Source: Promethearchaeota archaeon (GTDB taxonomy: Archaea > Asgardarchaeota > Lokiarchaeia > Sigyniarchaeales > SOKP01). Taken from it: 64,000 nucleotides of DNA. The notes under the pieces are model-generated. The model had not been told where the DNA came from, did not search any database, and worked only from the letters and a program-made list of their open reading frames with translations. Below, one piece after another: positions 60,628-64,000 of this stretch. The first letter of the stretch is position 1. Each line of letters opens with the position of its first letter. The DNA is taken from positions 34,371 through 98,370 of the forward strand of contig JBHLOC010000014.1 of the NCBI GenBank assembly GCA_048940925.1, given 5' to 3'. The position numbers and the translations under genes were made by a program.

Positions 60628-61881
60628 TTGAATCTAATGAAATTACAAAAATATTCAATAGGAACTGGAGATCGGTTTGGTCAGCAGGGGAAAGCTCTGC
60701 TTAAAGCAATAATAAAAGCACAACAAGCTGGTATAGATATTGCAATTGTTTGGAATAAATCTCACAGAGAACATATTATTACTAAATCTAGTCCTAATGA
60801 TGTTTTAAGAGAAGCTAAAAATGCAGTGAGAGAATTAGGTTGGAAAGGTAATTATTACATTGACGCAGATCATATAGGACTTTCAAATGTAGATCTATTT
60901 GTTGATTCATGCAATTTTTTTACCATTGATGTCGCAGATTTCATCGGAAGAAAAGCCACTGATACCCAAATAAACACATTTATCAAAAAATATGGAAAAT
61001 ATTCTGGAAGATTATCAATTCCACATATTAAAGAACCTTTAAATATTACTAAGATAAATTTAAAAAAGATAGCTGAAATGTATCTTTTAGCCATTAAAGA
61101 AGCAACTAAAATATATCACAGAATTGAGGAACAGAAAGGAAAAGGAAATTTTATAGTAGAAATCTCAATGGATGAATCTGAATTACCTCAAACACCAATT
61201 GAAGTATTATTTATTCTAATAATTATTGCAGATGAAAATATCCCTATTCAAACGTTTGCTCCAAGATTTTCTGGAAAATTTTATAAAGGTATTGATTATA
61301 TAGGGGATATTGATCAATTTGCAAAAGAGTTTGAGCTCCTTTTAGCTATAATTCAATTCTCAATAAAAGAATTCTCTTTACCTGATAACTTAAAACTAAG
61401 TATTCATTCTGGAAGTGATAAATTTGCGATTTATCCTGCTATTAATAACCTTATTAAGAAATTTGATAAAGGAATACATTTAAAAACATCAGGAACAACA
61501 TGGTTGGAAGAAATAATAGGTTTAGCTATGGCTGGAGCTGATGGATTAAAAATGGTTAAAGAGATATATAGTAAAGCATACAAACGATTTGATGAGCTAT
61601 GTGTACCTTATGAAAAAGTAATTAATATCAATAAAGATAAGTTAATTAAACCCAAAATAGTAAATAATTGGACTAATGAAAAATTTGTAAAAACCTTGCG
61701 TCATGATTTATCCTGCAACGATTATAATCCACATTTTCGACAATTATTTCATATAGCATATAAGATTGCTGCAGAAATGGATTCACGTTATTTGAAAGTT
61801 TTAAATAAATACAAAAGGTTAATTGAAAAATGTGTAACCAATAATATTTATGAAAAACATCTTAAAAAGCTATTTTTGTAA
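60628..61881 (+). CDS. uxaE: Tagaturonate/fructuronate epimerase family protein
   Basis: S.G.GDRFG, DADH, EISMDE, APRF.G.F.KGIDY, SIHSGSDKF and HLKT.GTTWLEE. Confidence 0.88.
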   Translation: MNLMKLQKYSIGTGDRFGQQGKALLKAIIKAQQAGIDIAIVWNKSHREHIITKSSPNDVLREAKNAVRELGWKGNYYIDADHIGLSNVDLFVDSCNFFTIDVADFIGRKATDTQINTFIKKYGKYSGRLSIPHIKEPLNITKINLKKIAEMYLLAIKEATKIYHRIEEQKGKGNFIVEISMDESELPQTPIEVLFILIIIADENIPIQTFAPRFSGKFYKGIDYIGDIDQFAKEFELLLAIIQFSIKEFSLPDNLKLSIHSGSDKFAIYPAINNLIKKFDKGIHLKTSGTTWLEEIIGLAMAGADGLKMVKEIYSKAYKRFDELCVPYEKVININKDKLIKPKIVNNWTNEKFVKTLRHDLSCNDYNPHFRQLFHIAYKIAAEMDSRYLKVLNKYKRLIEKCVTNNIYEKHLKKLFL

Positions 61882-62056
61882 AATTCTATAAGAAATAATG
61901 CGTAGGAGTTAATTGAATTAAGTCATGCATTAAATATAGTCCACAACAACGTCTTATAAAAAGAATTATCTAACAATAAGTTATAAATATTAAAAAAAAT
62001 ACATTTTTGATTAAATCAATATTATAAATTAGAAATCTTATACAAATGTGTGAAAT

Positions 62057-63913
62057 ATGAAGAGAAATACAACATTGTCTTTTTTTGTCTTGATTCTTTT
62101 AAGTTCTATTGGAATTCTTAGTATCAATTCTATTGGAAATACTGCATTAAAAAGAAATTCTTACATGATACCTAAAATCAATTTAAAAGATGCATTATTT
62201 ACATCATTGGGGACTAGTTGGGATGAAAATGGGATCGCAGTGACAACCGCTAATGAAGATCAATTTGAACACCAAGTCATTAGTGATGGATCAGGAGGAG
62301 TTATTATTGTTTGGAAAGATGACAGATCTGAAACTAATGATGATATATATACTCAACGTATTGATTCAGATGGTAATGTATTATGGACATTGAATGGTAC
62401 TGCAATTTGTACAGAAGGTTCTAATCAATATCCGCCTGTATTATGTAGCGATGGTGCTGGTGGTGCTATTATTGCTTGGCACGATTCGAGAAATGGTAAT
62501 AGTGACATTTTTGCTCAAAGAATAAAGTCGAATGGAGTTATTCAATGGACTGTCAATGGAGTGCCAGTATGTGTAGAAAGCAATGATCAAATAGATCAAC
62601 AAATATGCAGTGATGGAGCTGGAGGCGCAATTATTACTTGGGTAGATTATAGACCTGCTAGTGGTAATGCAATTTATGCACAACGCATTGATTCAAATGG
62701 GGACGCTAAATGGACCGTTAATGGTATTCCATTAACTAATGAGATAGTAATTGTTGAATACCCCCAGATTTGTAGCGATGGAGCTGGAGGAGCTATTATA
62801 GCTTGGACAAAAAATCTTGGAAGTGGTAACTATGATGTCTATGCTCAAAGGATTAATTTTAATGGGGTAGATCAATGGACAACCAATGGAGAAGCAATTA
62901 GCACTGCACCTGGAAGCCAAAGATCTATTAAAATAATAAATAATAAGAACGGAGGAGCTGTTATGGTGTGGGATGATTATAGATCTTTAACTTTCCACGA
63001 TATTTATGCTCAAAGTATAGATGCTAATGGCATAGTCCAATGGACTGTGAATGGAACCCCTATTTGTGTATCTGGTCTATCTAGTTTTTATCCAGAATTT
63101 ATTGTAGATGAGGATGGGGGATCTATAATTACTTGGCAAGATGTTAGAAATCTTAACTTTGATGTATATGCACAATATATAGACTCGAATGGAAGTATAC
63201 AATGGAAAGTTAATGGTATAGCAATATGTGCTACAAATGAAAATGAAGAAACTCCTCAAATCTGTAGCGATGGTGGTGGAGGAGCGATTATAAGTTGGAT
63301 AGATACAAGAGAAATAGGCTATAATGTTTATGCACAACGAGTTACTCCTGAGGGAGATTTGAAATGGGCTACTAATGGCATTATGATTACTAATGTTACA
63401 GATATGGATAATACTGAAAAGCATTTGATAGTTAGTGATGGCTTAGGTGGTGCTATTTTTACCTGGGAGAGGGGATATTTTTTTGGTGATGCAGATATAT
63501 ATGCACAACGGTTAGAAAATGATGCTCCCACTTCAAGTCATCCTGAAGATATTAAAACTTCTACTGAGGGCTCTGAAGAGATAAATTGGACGTTATCTGA
63601 TGATACTGCTGGTGGTAAATATCGCGTATTGGCAAATGACACAAATGGAGATTATCATATTACTGTAAATTGGACTTCTTGGACAAGTGGTAATGAACTT
63701 CTTGTATCTATTGACAATGAAAATGTTGGTGAGTTTAATTATACTATCCAATATTATGACGATCAAAATCGATTTGGTATTCCCGACACAATCATCGTAA
63801 TAATCACTAAAGCTGGCTTTAAAATCGGTGGATATAATTTGATTTTCCTTATAATATCATTTTTTGCTATTGCTTTCGTATTAACAAAAAAATCCAAAAT
63901 CCTTTTGAATTGA
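62057..63913 (+). CDS. Secreted, membrane-anchored repeat protein (probable 8-bladed beta-propeller)
   Basis: Signal peptide; eight ~55-aa repeats W..NG…SDG.GGAII.W.D.R…DIYAQRI; Ig-like tail; IGGY + TM + basic end. Confidence 0.85.
   Translation: MKRNTTLSFFVLILLSSIGILSINSIGNTALKRNSYMIPKINLKDALFTSLGTSWDENGIAVTTANEDQFEHQVISDGSGGVIIVWKDDRSETNDDIYTQRIDSDGNVLWTLNGTAICTEGSNQYPPVLCSDGAGGAIIAWHDSRNGNSDIFAQRIKSNGVIQWTVNGVPVCVESNDQIDQQICSDGAGGAIITWVDYRPASGNAIYAQRIDSNGDAKWTVNGIPLTNEIVIVEYPQICSDGAGGAIIAWTKNLGSGNYDVYAQRINFNGVDQWTTNGEAISTAPGSQRSIKIINNKNGGAVMVWDDYRSLTFHDIYAQSIDANGIVQWTVNGTPICVSGLSSFYPEFIVDEDGGSIITWQDVRNLNFDVYAQYIDSNGSIQWKVNGIAICATNENEETPQICSDGGGGAIISWIDTREIGYNVYAQRVTPEGDLKWATNGIMITNVTDMDNTEKHLIVSDGLGGAIFTWERGYFFGDADIYAQRLENDAPTSSHPEDIKTSTEGSEEINWTLSDDTAGGKYRVLANDTNGDYHITVNWTSWTSGNELLVSIDNENVGEFNYTIQYYDDQNRFGIPDTIIVIITKAGFKIGGYNLIFLIISFFAIAFVLTKKSKILLN
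62219..63520 (+). repeat. Eight tandem ~165-nt coding repeats
   Basis: Recurrent TGTAG(C/T)GATGG(A/T)GCTGG..G and TATGC(A/T)CAA blocks at DNA level; boundaries are approximate. Confidence 0.75.
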
Positions 63914-64000
63914 ATAAAAATATAGGTTTAAATCTATCTTTTTTTTTCTCTTTTTAATGTTCTTTTTTCTAAAATCTTGATTGAAAAATTCTCAAGGTCT

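Noticed and set aside
769-63531. Many 60-125 aa ORFs antisense to or nested in long genes (e.g. 769..1026, 2811..3110, 18928..19239, 28884..29261, 53052..53357, 63077..63424)
   Set aside because: They are shadows of well-supported genes on the other strand or frame and carry no recognisable motifs.
1-64000. CRISPR arrays, tRNA/rRNA genes, transposases/integrases, and inteins in RadA or AtpA
   Set aside because: No spaced direct repeats, no extended GC-rich structural RNA tracts and no mobile-element motifs seen; RadA and both AtpA copies have normal lengths.

Overview
AT-rich archaeal chromosomal window. It is most consistent with an Asgard archaeon (Lokiarchaeia/Promethearchaeota-like), an inference from the archaeal RadA, TBP, aIF1, EndA and GlmU, the A/V-type ATPase, and Loki-CTERM-like C-terminal anchors. 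Contents in order: glmS (partial)/glmU; a GH13 amylase; a small TBP/TFS-fragment/aIF1 cluster; a B12-binding protein + opine dehydrogenase operon behind a structured leader; a gamma-glutamyl ligase/cyclotransferase/amidotransferase cluster; a 2-hydroxyacyl-CoA dehydratase system plus an orphan paralog; two VIT1 transporters with DUF47; a complete A/V-ATPase operon (K-C-H-F-E-A-B-D-I) followed by a second subunit A with a GER->GEP change; USPs, EndA, MEMO1, three OsmC-like genes and RadA; a degenerate phosphohexomutase; two GH57 branching enzymes; an MCP-like protein; a bacterial-type hexuronate operon; and an 8-repeat surface protein. Top observations: (1) the first GH57 gene carries a 30-nt, stop-containing insertion inside a GC-rich exon-exon stem, a candidate EndA-type mRNA intron whose removal restores the conserved HGKWP motif; (2) several conserved N-termini can only be translated from non-canonical starts (ACG, ATA and similar) placed behind Shine-Dalgarno motifs. 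No rRNA, tRNA, CRISPR array or transposase was recognised. All calls come from motif recognition by eye; no searches were run.
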